From an uncultured delta proteobacterium (GTDB lineage Bacteria; Myxococcota; Kuafuiibacteriia; Kuafuiibacteriales; Kuafuiibacteriaceae): a stretch of DNA of 64,000 nt. The DNA lies in contig CAWDML010000001.1 of the NCBI GenBank assembly GCA_963803435.1, positions 960,001 to 1,024,000 on the forward strand. The letters are read 5' to 3'. Below the pieces are notes generated by a model that saw only the letters and a list, made by a program, of their open reading frames with translations, did not search any database and was not told the origin of the DNA. Position numbers and translations under genes: made by a program. Positions 10,077-20,124 of this stretch are shown piece by piece. Numbering within the stretch: the first letter of the stretch is position 1; every line of letters begins with the position of its first letter.

Positions 10077-12233
10077 GTGAATGAGGCTCGCGTCCTCGCC
10101 CGCGTGGTGGCGACCTTCACGCGGGCCATCCGGGCCATGGGCTACTACGACGCGTCCCATCCCGTCTTCGAGGAGAGCAAGCGTGAGGCGTTTTCCACGC
10201 TGTCGACGACGTGGCGAGACCGCACCGTGGTCACGCTCGGATCTGCAGGCCGCCAGCTCGTCATCGACGTCGATGGGAACACGCTGGCGGACGTGCACGC
10301 TGCCGACGTCGCCCAGCGCATGTTCAACCTCTCCGTGGTCGCGATCCGGATCCACGATGTCGTGACCTCCGACGACCTGGGCGCCCTGATGAAAGTTCTC
10401 GCCGAGGGCGCGGAGAAGATCCGCGCGGCAGGCGGTGCGCGCGCGCTGCTCGAGGCTCGCGGCGTCCAGGGGATCGACGTCCTCGAGGTCGACCTCGCTG
10501 CCCTGTTCACGGGACAGAGCTCCGATCTCGGTCCGCTGGTCAACGGCGATCCGATCGCCGAGATCGCGCTCCGGGGAGTCCTCCGGTTCAAGGAGGACGA
10601 CGCGAGCGAAGCGCTCTCGATCAACCTCGAGAACCTGGCGACTCCGGAGTCTCTCGGTGAGTTCCTCGACGAGCTCCTCAATCGTGCGGAGCCTGGAGTG
10701 GTCGCCAGCGATCCGCAGGAGTGGGGCTCCCTCTCGGAGGACGATCTGGCGGACTTCGCGGCGCAGGCGTATGTGACCAACCAGGAGAGCATCGCCGGCG
10801 ATCCGACCGCCCTCGCAAAGAGCGCCCGCGTCCTCTCCCACGCGCTCGTCCGTCTTGCGCCCGGCGCTCGCTTTGCGCTCCTCAGGAAGCTCGCCGGTAA
10901 GGACACCATGGAGTCGACGCCGCACGAGCAGGCGGTGGCGCGGCTCGGTCAGCAGCTGGGCGACGGTCAGATCACGGAGGCGATCGCCTCGGCACTCGTC
11001 GACCGTTCCTCCGATTCCGATACCGTCCGCGCCATCGGCAACCTGATCCGCCGAGTGCGACCGGTGGAGGCCGAGCGGAGGCGGTTGCTCGCGGACGTCG
11101 ACGAGGACTCCATCTCCCGTAAGAAGCCGATCGATGGCGTGCTCTGGCAGCAGATCCAGTCCCAGGCGCTCTCGGATCCGGGGTTCGGCCTGCTCGAGAT
11201 CGATCTGGAGAAGCGGAAGCAGGCGCTCACGCGGGCGGCGCAGCTTCGACTGCGTGGGCAATCGCCCCCCGTGCTCGGCCAGGACATCCTTCACGCGTTC
11301 GATCAGCTCTCGGTCTCCAGGCGAGGTGCGCGAGCGCTGGCCACGCTCCTCGAGCGCCCGGGACGCCTCGCCGCTGGCCTGGTGGCGACCGCCGAGGCGA
11401 CGGTGGCCGCGCTGGTCGACCAGGATGACGACCCATCGGTGCTCGAGGTCCTCGGCGCGATGGTTCGCCGTATGGATCGCGACCGCGACCCCTACCTCCG
11501 AGCCGTGCTGAACCAGCTGCTGGTGGGAGAGCGGGGCGCGGTCTGGTCGGCGAGGCTTCTCTCCCAGTTCTTCGCCGGGGAGATCAGGAGCACGCGCATG
11601 ATGGGCGAGCTCCTCCTCAACGCGCTGGAAGGCACCGGTGGTCGCGAGTATCAGGAAGTGCTGATCGAGCGTCTCGCGCGCTTCGATCACGCGGCGCTCC
11701 TCGATCTCGGGGAACAGGCGACCTCGGCCGATCCAGTCCGTGTGCACCATCTGGTGAGAGCTGCCCTGCGCGCCGACTCGAAGGTGGGTGTGAAGATCGC
11801 GCGCATCGCTCTCAAGAACCCGAGCTACAAGGCCAAGGAGCTCGCGCTCAAGGCGCTCGTCGAGGCGCCGAGCTCCGACGCCCTCGGCGTGCTGGCGCAG
11901 GTCGCGGGGTGGAAGGGCGACAAGCACGTGCTCGCACTGCTCGGCGTCAAGTCTGTCGAGACGCTCCGCATCCACAAGCTCCAGCTGGCGGCCGTCGGGG
12001 CGCTCGGGCTCTCCCGATCTGCGGTGGCCGTGAAGCCGTTGTTCGAGCTGCTCACGCAGAAGAAGCTCTTCGAGAGCAAGGAGCTGGAGGAGATCCGCCT
12101 GGGCGCTGCACAGGCGCTCCTGACGAACGGAACGCCGGAGGCGCGCCGGGCGCTCGAGGAGGGCGTGCGCCACAAGAAGAGGAGCGTCCGCGACGTCTGC
12201 AGCCGTGTCCTCAACCGGCGAGGCGTCTTGTGA
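10077..12233 (+). CDS. HEAT-repeat domain protein
   Basis: C-terminal HEAT-like repeats (KELALKALVEA, LAAVGALGLS, IRLGAAQALL); GTGA overlap with the HD-domain gene. Confidence 0.75.
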   Translation: MNEARVLARVVATFTRAIRAMGYYDASHPVFEESKREAFSTLSTTWRDRTVVTLGSAGRQLVIDVDGNTLADVHAADVAQRMFNLSVVAIRIHDVVTSDDLGALMKVLAEGAEKIRAAGGARALLEARGVQGIDVLEVDLAALFTGQSSDLGPLVNGDPIAEIALRGVLRFKEDDASEALSINLENLATPESLGEFLDELLNRAEPGVVASDPQEWGSLSEDDLADFAAQAYVTNQESIAGDPTALAKSARVLSHALVRLAPGARFALLRKLAGKDTMESTPHEQAVARLGQQLGDGQITEAIASALVDRSSDSDTVRAIGNLIRRVRPVEAERRRLLADVDEDSISRKKPIDGVLWQQIQSQALSDPGFGLLEIDLEKRKQALTRAAQLRLRGQSPPVLGQDILHAFDQLSVSRRGARALATLLERPGRLAAGLVATAEATVAALVDQDDDPSVLEVLGAMVRRMDRDRDPYLRAVLNQLLVGERGAVWSARLLSQFFAGEIRSTRMMGELLLNALEGTGGREYQEVLIERLARFDHAALLDLGEQATSADPVRVHHLVRAALRADSKVGVKIARIALKNPSYKAKELALKALVEAPSSDALGVLAQVAGWKGDKHVLALLGVKSVETLRIHKLQLAAVGALGLSRSAVAVKPLFELLTQKKLFESKELEEIRLGAAQALLTNGTPEARRALEEGVRHKKRSVRDVCSRVLNRRGVL

Positions 12234-13579
12234 GGGTTGCGGCGCGGGAAGCGGCGGCGCGGGACTTCGCGCTGCGGCTCTCCGGCGTCAATCACAGCCG
12301 CCGTCTCTACGGGATGAAGGGCGCGATGTGGGAGCGCGCGCTCGCCACCGTCGCGGGTGACATCGCCCGCTTGTTCGAGGAGACGTCGCAGCCCGAGCTG
12401 ACGGTCGGGTTGCTCTCCGAAGGGCTCGCCGTTCTGGGCGTTCCGCTCGCGGATCCGCCGAGCTCGGTGTTGCGCTTCATCGGCGAGCTCAGGGAGCGCG
12501 ACGTCGAGATCATCTCGTTCAAGCCGGGGACGACGGCCCTCGAGGTCGAGACGCTGATCGCCTATCTCGCCGCCGACCCGGCCGACGTCGCTGCGATGAA
12601 GGCGGACAGCTGGCTCCGCGAACGGGGCGTCGACCACATCAGCATCAAGCACCTGAAGCTGATGCGCGGAGACAACCTGGAGACGTTCCGCGACGTCTAT
12701 TGGAGAGGGCGGCGCGTGCTCGGGCACGAGTTCGGGCGGGCGCGCTCCAAGGGCTCCCTCGACGGCGGAGCCATCGGGGAGCTGGCGCGCTCGCTCATGG
12801 AGATCATCCTAGAGGGTGACGCGCCGATCGCCACTCTGCTGGCGCTCCGGGATCGCGACGACTTCTCGATGGTGCACTCGGTCAACGTCGCGATGCTGGC
12901 GGGCACGCAGGCGGGCGCGCTCGGGCTGCCCGAGGAGGAGGTGCAGAACGTCGTGACCGCCGGGCTGACGCACGACATCGGCAAGACCAGGGTGCCGGAA
13001 ACGATCCTGGCTCGCGCGGGCCGCCTCTCCGCGAAGGAGAAGGAGCTGCTTGATCAGCATGCGGCCGAAGGCGCGCGTCTGTTGATGGAGGCGCGAGGGG
13101 CGTGCCCGCTCGCCGCGGTGGTGGCCCTCGAGCATCACGTGCCCGCGCGGTTCGACCACGTCGGGCTGGCCGCCACGGAGCTGATCCGCATCGCCGACGC
13201 GTTCGACGGGATCCGCAGCCTGCGCCCGTTCGGCGACCCGAGCTCGATGACCGGCGCGGTCGCATACCTGGTCCGGCACCTCTCGGATCGCTTCAACCCG
13301 TACTTCCTCGAGCGATTCGGCGCGCTGGTGGGCCTCTGCCCGCCCGGGGCGCACGCGTGGCTCTCGACCTCCGAGATCGTACGGGTGGCGAGTGCGCACC
13401 CGGAGCTTTCGCTGCATCCGGTGGTCGAGGTCCTGGACCAGCGCGAGGGATCGAACCGGCGCGGCGAGCTCCTCGACCTGGCTCGGTCCGCGAACGATCC
13501 GACGGCGCCGAGACTGGTCCCGATGGTGCCTGCGACGTTTTCCGATCTCCGGGTGTGGGAGATAGACTCGCTCGGGTAA
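12230..13579 (+). CDS. HD-GYP-like phosphohydrolase with degenerate GYP loop
   Basis: HSVNVA, HDIGK, EHH and IADAFDG..RPF motifs. Confidence 0.85.
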   Translation: MRVAAREAAARDFALRLSGVNHSRRLYGMKGAMWERALATVAGDIARLFEETSQPELTVGLLSEGLAVLGVPLADPPSSVLRFIGELRERDVEIISFKPGTTALEVETLIAYLAADPADVAAMKADSWLRERGVDHISIKHLKLMRGDNLETFRDVYWRGRRVLGHEFGRARSKGSLDGGAIGELARSLMEIILEGDAPIATLLALRDRDDFSMVHSVNVAMLAGTQAGALGLPEEEVQNVVTAGLTHDIGKTRVPETILARAGRLSAKEKELLDQHAAEGARLLMEARGACPLAAVVALEHHVPARFDHVGLAATELIRIADAFDGIRSLRPFGDPSSMTGAVAYLVRHLSDRFNPYFLERFGALVGLCPPGAHAWLSTSEIVRVASAHPELSLHPVVEVLDQREGSNRRGELLDLARSANDPTAPRLVPMVPATFSDLRVWEIDSLG

Positions 13580-13580
13580 T

Positions 13581-14681
13581 TTGGAGGAGCTGAAGCAGGA
13601 GGCGTTCGCGCGCCTCGGGAGCCTCGTCGACGGGAAGTACGAGCTGACGCGCTTGCTCGGCGTCGGGGGGATGGGTGCGGTCTACGAGGCGATCCATCGG
13701 ATCACCGAGCGCCGAGTCGCGCTGAAGCTGCTCCACCCCACGGTGGCGCGCATCAGCTCGGTGGCCGAGCGCTTTCTGGTGGAGGCCCGGGCAGCGTCGA
13801 AGATCGATCATCCGGCGATCGTTCAAGTCCTCGACGCCGATCGCGCGGAGGACGGCGCGCTCTACGTGGTCTTCGAGCTGCTCGACGGGATCGATCTCGG
13901 GCGAGCGATCGCCCGCGGTCGGATCACACCCGAGATCCTCGGCTCGGCGATGATCCAGATCCTCAACGCGCTCTCGGTGGCGCATCAGAGCGGCTTCGTC
14001 CACCGCGACATCAAGCCCGCCAACATCTTCCTGGTGCGGAGGAAGAACGGCCTGCTCGACGCCAAGCTGCTCGACTTCGGCATCGCGCGTCACCTCGGGC
14101 GCGAGGTCAGCGACCCGGGGCTCACCGGACGTGAGTCATCCCGCCGAGCCCGGAAGCCCGGGGGGAGGCTCACGCGCGCCGGTGCAGTGATCGGTACGCC
14201 TTATTTCATGAGCCCGGAGCAGATGGCGGGCGAGGACGTCGACGGGCGGGCCGACCTCTGGTCGATCGGTGTGGTCGTGTACCACGCGCTGACCGGCGAG
14301 CTTCCCTTCAAGGCGCAGAACTACGGCGCGCTGCTGGCGGAGATGCTCAACGTCGGCGCACCCTCGCTCGCCCTCGAACGGCCGGATCTCTCGAGGCGGT
14401 GGATCGCCGTGCTGGATCGCGCTCTCTCGCCGAACCTCGAGGATCGATTCGGAACGGCGTTCGAGATGGCGCGCGCGCTGGCCGACTGCATTCGGCCGGC
14501 ACCGATCGAGAAGCCCGCCCCCTCTCTGCCGAAGAAGAGCGCGCCGGCGCCGAAGGCGCCTCCCCACCGGTACAAGTGGCAGGACGCGCTCGACGGGATC
14601 GAGCGCGAGATCGAGGCGCTGGAGAAGCGGAAACCGGGCTTGCTGGAGGGCTCGTCCTCCGAGAAGAAGTCCGATCGATGA
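13581..14681 (+). CDS. Serine/threonine protein kinase
   Basis: LGVGGMGAVY, VALK, HRDIKPAN, DFG and GTPYFMSPE motifs. Confidence 0.95.
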   Translation: MEELKQEAFARLGSLVDGKYELTRLLGVGGMGAVYEAIHRITERRVALKLLHPTVARISSVAERFLVEARAASKIDHPAIVQVLDADRAEDGALYVVFELLDGIDLGRAIARGRITPEILGSAMIQILNALSVAHQSGFVHRDIKPANIFLVRRKNGLLDAKLLDFGIARHLGREVSDPGLTGRESSRRARKPGGRLTRAGAVIGTPYFMSPEQMAGEDVDGRADLWSIGVVVYHALTGELPFKAQNYGALLAEMLNVGAPSLALERPDLSRRWIAVLDRALSPNLEDRFGTAFEMARALADCIRPAPIEKPAPSLPKKSAPAPKAPPHRYKWQDALDGIEREIEALEKRKPGLLEGSSSEKKSDR

Positions 14682-14829
14682 GGCCTTCCTGGTCCCAGCT
14701 TTGCTTCGCCGCTTCTCGTCTTCTCGCTGACCGCTCGGCGAGCGCCTTCCTGGGTCCAAGTCCCCGTCTATCCACCCGAAACCAGCCGCTTGATTGCCAA
14801 GCATCACGTAGAGTACCGCTACACGCTCC

Positions 14830-16254
14830 ATGCGAAGCTCGAGCCGCCTTTGGGCCCTGATCCCGCTGTTTCTGTCGGCCCCGGCCCAGGCCGAGCCCGA
14901 GGATCGAGGGCCCCTCTCGATCGCCGAGCTGGACGCTGGGGACGTCCTGGCCGACGCCGTGATGATCCCGGTCAAGGTCCACTATCCGAGCAGCGGTGGC
15001 CCCTACCCGGTGGTGCTGGTGATGCACGGCTTCGTGCGCACGGGCCAGTATCACGTGGAGCTCGCCCGCACGCTCGCGAGCCGCGGTATGGTCGTGATCC
15101 TCCCTGACATGCCGTGTGGCCTCTCCGGGTGCGATCACGAGGCGAACGCGCGCCAGGTTCGAGCGCTCCTCGATTGGTCGGTGGCGGAGTCGGCCGGCAA
15201 TGGACCTTTGGCCGGAAAGATCGATGGTGCCCATCAAGGCGTGCTCGGCCACTCGTGGGGCGGACTCGGCGTGTTCTTGTCGACGCAAATGCCCGGGCTC
15301 TCGGTGGTGGCACTCCTCGACGCCAACGACGATCGTGGCATCGCCGCGGACGCAGCCCCGATGGTGATGCTGCCGAGCATTCACATCACGGCCACCGTCC
15401 AGGGCAGCTGCAACGCGACCCATTGGGGAGACACGGTCTATCCGGTCACCGGCGTCCCGCGCTTGCGCTTGCGCGTCGTCGGCGCCGGTCATTGCGACGC
15501 CGAGGAGCCGAGCGACAACTTCTGCCCGACCATCTGCGGCCGAGGCGATCCCACGCTCAGTTACCTGTTCCGCCGCTACGCGGTGTCGTTCCTCGGCTGC
15601 GTCTTGATCGGCGATCCGGCGTACGCGCCGTACGTCGGAGGCACAGGGCTCGACGCGGACGTGATGTTGGGTCGAATCGACAGCGTCGACTCCGCCGGGC
15701 TCGGATCGTTGCCCTGCCAGCTCGCAACACCCACCGACGCCGGTGTCTCGATCGACGCAGCCCTTCCCGACGACGCAGGCGCTGCCGATAGCGGCGCGAT
15801 CGATCCCGACGGCGGCAAGCCAACCACCGGCGACGCGACCATCGAGGCGATGGACGGCGACACTATCCTCCCAGATAGCGGGGTCAGTATCGATGCGGGC
15901 GCAAACGACGACGCGGGCTCGATGATGACCGCGCCGATCGTTCCCGCCGACTCGGGCTGCTCGGCGACCGGATTACCGCTTCGCACGTCGCTGCTCGCGT
16001 GGTTGTTGTTGATCGGCGGGCTCTGCGTACGAGCTGGGCTTCGAGCGAGGACCGGATCGTCCTCGCGCGCGCCTATCCCGGCCTGGCGCACGCGGACCTC
16101 AGGTCTGCTCGGCGCGTCGAAGCTCTGCTCGAGGCGTGATTGGAGCCGGATCGGCGGTCAAGGCCCAGGACGTGAGCCGCGAGGGGTCGGTCCGGTCGAG
16201 GCACTCACCGGCCCTCGCTTGACCCGACCCGATGACTCTGATGGCCTCCCCTGA
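14830..16254 (+). CDS. Secreted alpha/beta hydrolase (chlorophyllase/cutinase-like) with DAG-rich linker and MYXO-CTERM-like tail
   Basis: Signal peptide ending AQA, PVVLVMHGF, GHSWGG nucleophile, GAGHCD, then SGCSATG plus a hydrophobic helix. The extreme 3' end may be over-extended. Confidence 0.8.
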   Translation: MRSSSRLWALIPLFLSAPAQAEPEDRGPLSIAELDAGDVLADAVMIPVKVHYPSSGGPYPVVLVMHGFVRTGQYHVELARTLASRGMVVILPDMPCGLSGCDHEANARQVRALLDWSVAESAGNGPLAGKIDGAHQGVLGHSWGGLGVFLSTQMPGLSVVALLDANDDRGIAADAAPMVMLPSIHITATVQGSCNATHWGDTVYPVTGVPRLRLRVVGAGHCDAEEPSDNFCPTICGRGDPTLSYLFRRYAVSFLGCVLIGDPAYAPYVGGTGLDADVMLGRIDSVDSAGLGSLPCQLATPTDAGVSIDAALPDDAGAADSGAIDPDGGKPTTGDATIEAMDGDTILPDSGVSIDAGANDDAGSMMTAPIVPADSGCSATGLPLRTSLLAWLLLIGGLCVRAGLRARTGSSSRAPIPAWRTRTSGLLGASKLCSRRDWSRIGGQGPGREPRGVGPVEALTGPRLTRPDDSDGLP

Positions 16255-16398
16255 GGTGAGCGAGCTCTCCGAAGCGGCGCTTCAGGCGTACGTCGCCTTC
16301 GATCTCGTGCCGGACAGCGCGGAGCGCTTCTGGCTCTTGCCGCCGTCTTCCGGCTCGAGCTGGCCCGCAGGCGGGACATCCAGCTCGAGGGGGATTGA

Positions 16399-17169
16399 GT
16401 GCTGCCGGCGCTTGCACTGATCGCCTCGGTCCCGCAGACGGACGTCGGCCTGGTCGCGCGTCTGATCGCTCCCACCTCGTCGAGCACGATCGCTGTGGGG
16501 GACGTGGAAACAGCCGCGCGCTCGGCGGCCGGATGGTTCGTCGATGTTCGACTCGCCGGGCGCGATCTGTCGGGGGCGCTCGACGCCGATCTGAGGAGCT
16601 GCGCGCTCGACAACCGCTGTTTTGGCGAGCACCTCCGGCAGCGGGGGATCGATCGCGCCTTGATCGTGGTGGTGAATCTCGACGCGAGCGTCGCGACGGC
16701 GGAGCTGCTCGGGCGCGATTCCGGCGTCGCCCTGGCGACGAAGGCGGTCGGCCTGGAGAGTGGCGTCGAGCGCGCGGTCCAGGCCGCCGTGACCGCGGTG
16801 CTGTCGGAGTCGGGCGAACGTCGCGGAGCGCGGCTGCTGGTGGAGGTCACCCCGCTCGGCGCCGAGGTCCGTGCCGGCGAGCTGGAGGTCCCTGCGGGCG
16901 AGGCGATTTATCTGCCGCCGGGTCGCTGTGCGATCGAGGCGAGCGCCGCCGGGTTCCGTTCCGCTTCACGATCGATCGAGCTCGCGTCCGGCGACGACGT
17001 CTCGCTTCGTCTCGAGCTGGAGGAGGAGCGCTCCGTCTGGCGGAGCTGGTGGCTCTGGACCTCGGTCGGCGCGGCGGTGACGGCAGCGGTGGTCGTCCCG
17101 GTGGTCGCGCTGCGGCCTGCCGGTCCCGCCACCATCTGCTACGGTGAGCGATGCGCGTCGCAGCCTTGA
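16399..17169 (+). CDS. PEGA-like domain protein with C-terminal membrane anchor
   Basis: LLVEVTPLGAEV...LPPGRCAIEASAAGF...VSLRLELE, then WRSWWLWTSVG. Confidence 0.7.
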   Translation: MLPALALIASVPQTDVGLVARLIAPTSSSTIAVGDVETAARSAAGWFVDVRLAGRDLSGALDADLRSCALDNRCFGEHLRQRGIDRALIVVVNLDASVATAELLGRDSGVALATKAVGLESGVERAVQAAVTAVLSESGERRGARLLVEVTPLGAEVRAGELEVPAGEAIYLPPGRCAIEASAAGFRSASRSIELASGDDVSLRLELEEERSVWRSWWLWTSVGAAVTAAVVVPVVALRPAGPATICYGERCASQP

Positions 17170-18567
17170 CGCTCCTGCTGGGGCTCGGCTGCGGCTCCCG
17201 CGAAGTGGTCCTCGAACCGCCCCCGATCGCCGCGGCACGCTCCGAGATCCTCGCGCTCGATCGCGACGGTGACCTCTCGCTCTTCGCGTTCTCGCGCGAC
17301 GCGCCCTTCGCCTTCAGGTTCTCCGGGGACGCCCCCTTCTCGGTCGAGTCGCTCCTCTACGACCAGCCGCTCGCCGAGCTCGGGCTCGAGCCGGGAGAGC
17401 TGGAGCGGATCGACGGCGCCTCCCGAGGCATCCCGGAGGCAGCGCACGTGTTCCGCGAGGACTTCGATCCGGAGGACCCAGCCTCGCGCTGGCAGGCAGT
17501 GGAAGGTCCCAGCGACGCGGTCGCCCACTTCCGCATCGCAGGCTCCTGTGCGCGGGTGGGCGACGAGCTCGAGCCCTATGCCGCCGAACCGACGGCGATC
17601 ACGGCCGCGGACGATCTCCTCGACGGCGGCGAGGTCCACATCCGCAGGGTGGAGATCGTGGACGACGCTCGCGTGCTGGCGCTGACCGACGATCATCTCC
17701 ACCTGATCCGGCGAGGCGAACGCCATGCTCCGGGGCCCACGACACGGTTCGGGAACCGCCAGAAGCTCCGGAGCTTCGCCTTCGATCGGGCGCGCGGGCA
17801 GGTCTGGGTGGTAGGCGGCACGTCGCTGAGCCTGCTGCTCCTCGACGACGGCGGTCTGACCTTCGTCTCCACGAGCACGGGCTGCGCCGGACCGCTCGAC
17901 ATCAACGAGACGATTGCGCTCGACGATGAGGGCCGTCCGTTCATCCTCACCGATTCCGCCGCCGCCTGCCGCTACGACGGGAATCGCTACACGCCGATCA
18001 CCGGCTTCCCGCTCCTCATCGGGTCGAGCGTGCTGAGCATGGTTCGCACCGCCGATCCCATGCACCCGTTCCTCGCCGGCAGCGCCGGCCGCTTCCACAT
18101 CTACGATCCGGCCACCAACATCTGGTTGCGCACGGATGCCACGCCCGATCTCTCGCCGCCGTTCCTCCCCTACGCGCTCGCCTCGGCGGTGGTGGAGGGG
18201 ACGCTCGAGAACTGGGCCGGCGGCAGCGGTGGCGGGCTCCTCCGCCAGCCCGAGCTCGGCGGTTGGGTGCCGTTCCCGCTCGAGCTCCCGCCGGACTTCG
18301 CGCCCTGCGGCTCCGGTCGCTACCCCGAGATCGAGAGCTCGGAGTCGATCCGTGCGCTGTTGCCCCTCGGTGATCGGATTCCTCCTCACCAGCGAGCTCT
18401 GTGCGGCGGTCGTCGAGATCGATCGGAGCGGTCGGTGCTCGCGCGTGGCGGCGGTGCGCGATGGAATCCGCGGCGACACCTTCGACACCCTCGACGCGCG
18501 CGGCTCGCTCCTGGTGGCGGGAGGGACGCGCGGGCTCCTCTACCAGACCCGGGTCGCGACCCCGTAG
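17151..18567 (+). CDS. Hypothetical lipoprotein, beta-propeller-like; +1 frameshift near 18373
   Basis: Lipobox LGLGC. The frame continues as GFLLTSELCAAVVEID...LLVAGGTRGLLYQ in the 18136..18567 frame. Confidence 0.6.
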
Positions 18568-18582
18568 AGGCGGCGTCCGTGA

Positions 18583-20124
18583 TCAGTGCGGATCGATCCG
18601 GTCGGCCTCGGCGGTCAGCTCGATGACGTCCCGATCTCGCCCTTCGAGGGAGGGGAGCAGGAGCATCCGGTTGATCCGCACCAGCAGCGCACCGGCTCGC
18701 GGATCCGTCGGGTCGTGACTCCGGAGCCGGCGCGCGAGCGTGCTGAGCTGCCCGCGGAGGTCGGCCTCGGGCATAGACGAGGGCCGGGGGCGAGGCGGCG
18801 CCGGAGGGCTCGCAGGGGCCATCCGAACCTCTGTGGTCCGTCGCTTCAGCGCGGCTCGGCGCTCGGGCGTCGGATCGATCGCCGGGGCCGGCGCCTCCGT
18901 CCGCTGTTCGACCAGGACCGCGCGTGACCTGACCTCCGGCTGTGGGATCACAGCCGTGGGAGGGTCCTGAGAATCGGGAGGCTCCGGGGCCTCGAGCGAC
19001 CTCACCGTCATCACCGCGGCGGCGAGCAGCACCAGGAGGAAGAGCACCGGCACTCGCCAGCGCGCGCGGCGTGGCTCGAGCGGTCGCGTTGGGAGCGGCG
19101 CCGTGATCGCGGCGCGCCGCGCGTAGATCGTGGTCTTCTCCGGCTCCGGGGCGAGCTCGGCAGCTCCGTGACGAAGGCGATCGATCCGCGCCTGCTGTCG
19201 CCGCCAGCCGGAGACGAGCCCCTCCGGCATCGCCGAGAGCACCTCCCGGCGCGAGGCGGCGGGCTGTGCCGCGAGGAGCGCCCGCGACAGCTCGGCCGCG
19301 CTCTCGAAGCGCTCCGCCGGCTCGGGTGAGAGCGCGCGCTGCAGCACCGCCGCCAGCGCCGGTGCCCGTCCGGTGAGCGGACGCAACGCCGGCGCTCGCA
19401 TGCGCGCCAGCATCGCCGGCGTCTCTTCGCGCGGGACGTAACGCTCGAGCATCAGCGCCTCCCAGAGGAGGACGGCGAGCGCGTAGAGATCCGTGCGGGC
19501 GTCCGTCCGCTCTCCGCGGGCCTGCTCGGGCGCCATGTAGCCGGGGGTCCCCATGAGCATCCCGGTCTGCGTCCGCCAGCGCTGAACGTTCGAGCGACCG
19601 AGCCCGAGATCGATCAGCACGCACCGGCCATCGTCAGCGGCCACCATCACGTTCCCGGGCGAGACATCGCGATGGACGGCCCCGAGCGGGACCGCGGTCT
19701 CCGGATGCACCGCGCCATGGAGCGCCTCGAGGCCGTCGAGGGCGTCGGCGAAGATGCGCGCGAGGATGGGGGCAGGGAGCGCGCGCTTGCTCTCGTCGCA
19801 CGCCCGTAGGATCGCACCGAGCGTCGCACCGAGGAGGTACTCCATCGCGATGAACGGCCTGTCGCCGACGGCGCCAACATCGATCACTCGGACCACGTGC
19901 GGGCTCTCCACCGAGACGGCGATCTCCGCTTCGTGCTGGAATCTCGCCAGGCCCTCGTCGCTCCTCTCGAACGCGCCCGCGAGCTGCTTCACCACCAGGA
20001 GGGAGGAGCCATCGACGGGCGAGATCGGCCGCGCCAGGTGGAGCGCACCCATCCCGCCGGCGGCCAGGCGCTCCAGCAGGAGGTAGGCACCGAACGGTCG
20101 CGGGAGCGGCTCGTCGCTCACCAT
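18583..20124 (-). CDS. Membrane-anchored serine/threonine protein kinase
   Basis: LAAGGMGAL, VVK, HRDVSPGN, DLG, GTPGYMAPE; TM helix VPVLFLLVLLAAAV; TGATG coupling to the upstream activator. Confidence 0.93.
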   Translation of the reverse strand: MVSDEPLPRPFGAYLLLERLAAGGMGALHLARPISPVDGSSLLVVKQLAGAFERSDEGLARFQHEAEIAVSVESPHVVRVIDVGAVGDRPFIAMEYLLGATLGAILRACDESKRALPAPILARIFADALDGLEALHGAVHPETAVPLGAVHRDVSPGNVMVAADDGRCVLIDLGLGRSNVQRWRTQTGMLMGTPGYMAPEQARGERTDARTDLYALAVLLWEALMLERYVPREETPAMLARMRAPALRPLTGRAPALAAVLQRALSPEPAERFESAAELSRALLAAQPAASRREVLSAMPEGLVSGWRRQQARIDRLRHGAAELAPEPEKTTIYARRAAITAPLPTRPLEPRRARWRVPVLFLLVLLAAAVMTVRSLEAPEPPDSQDPPTAVIPQPEVRSRAVLVEQRTEAPAPAIDPTPERRAALKRRTTEVRMAPASPPAPPRPRPSSMPEADLRGQLSTLARRLRSHDPTDPRAGALLVRINRMLLLPSLEGRDRDVIELTAEADRIDPH

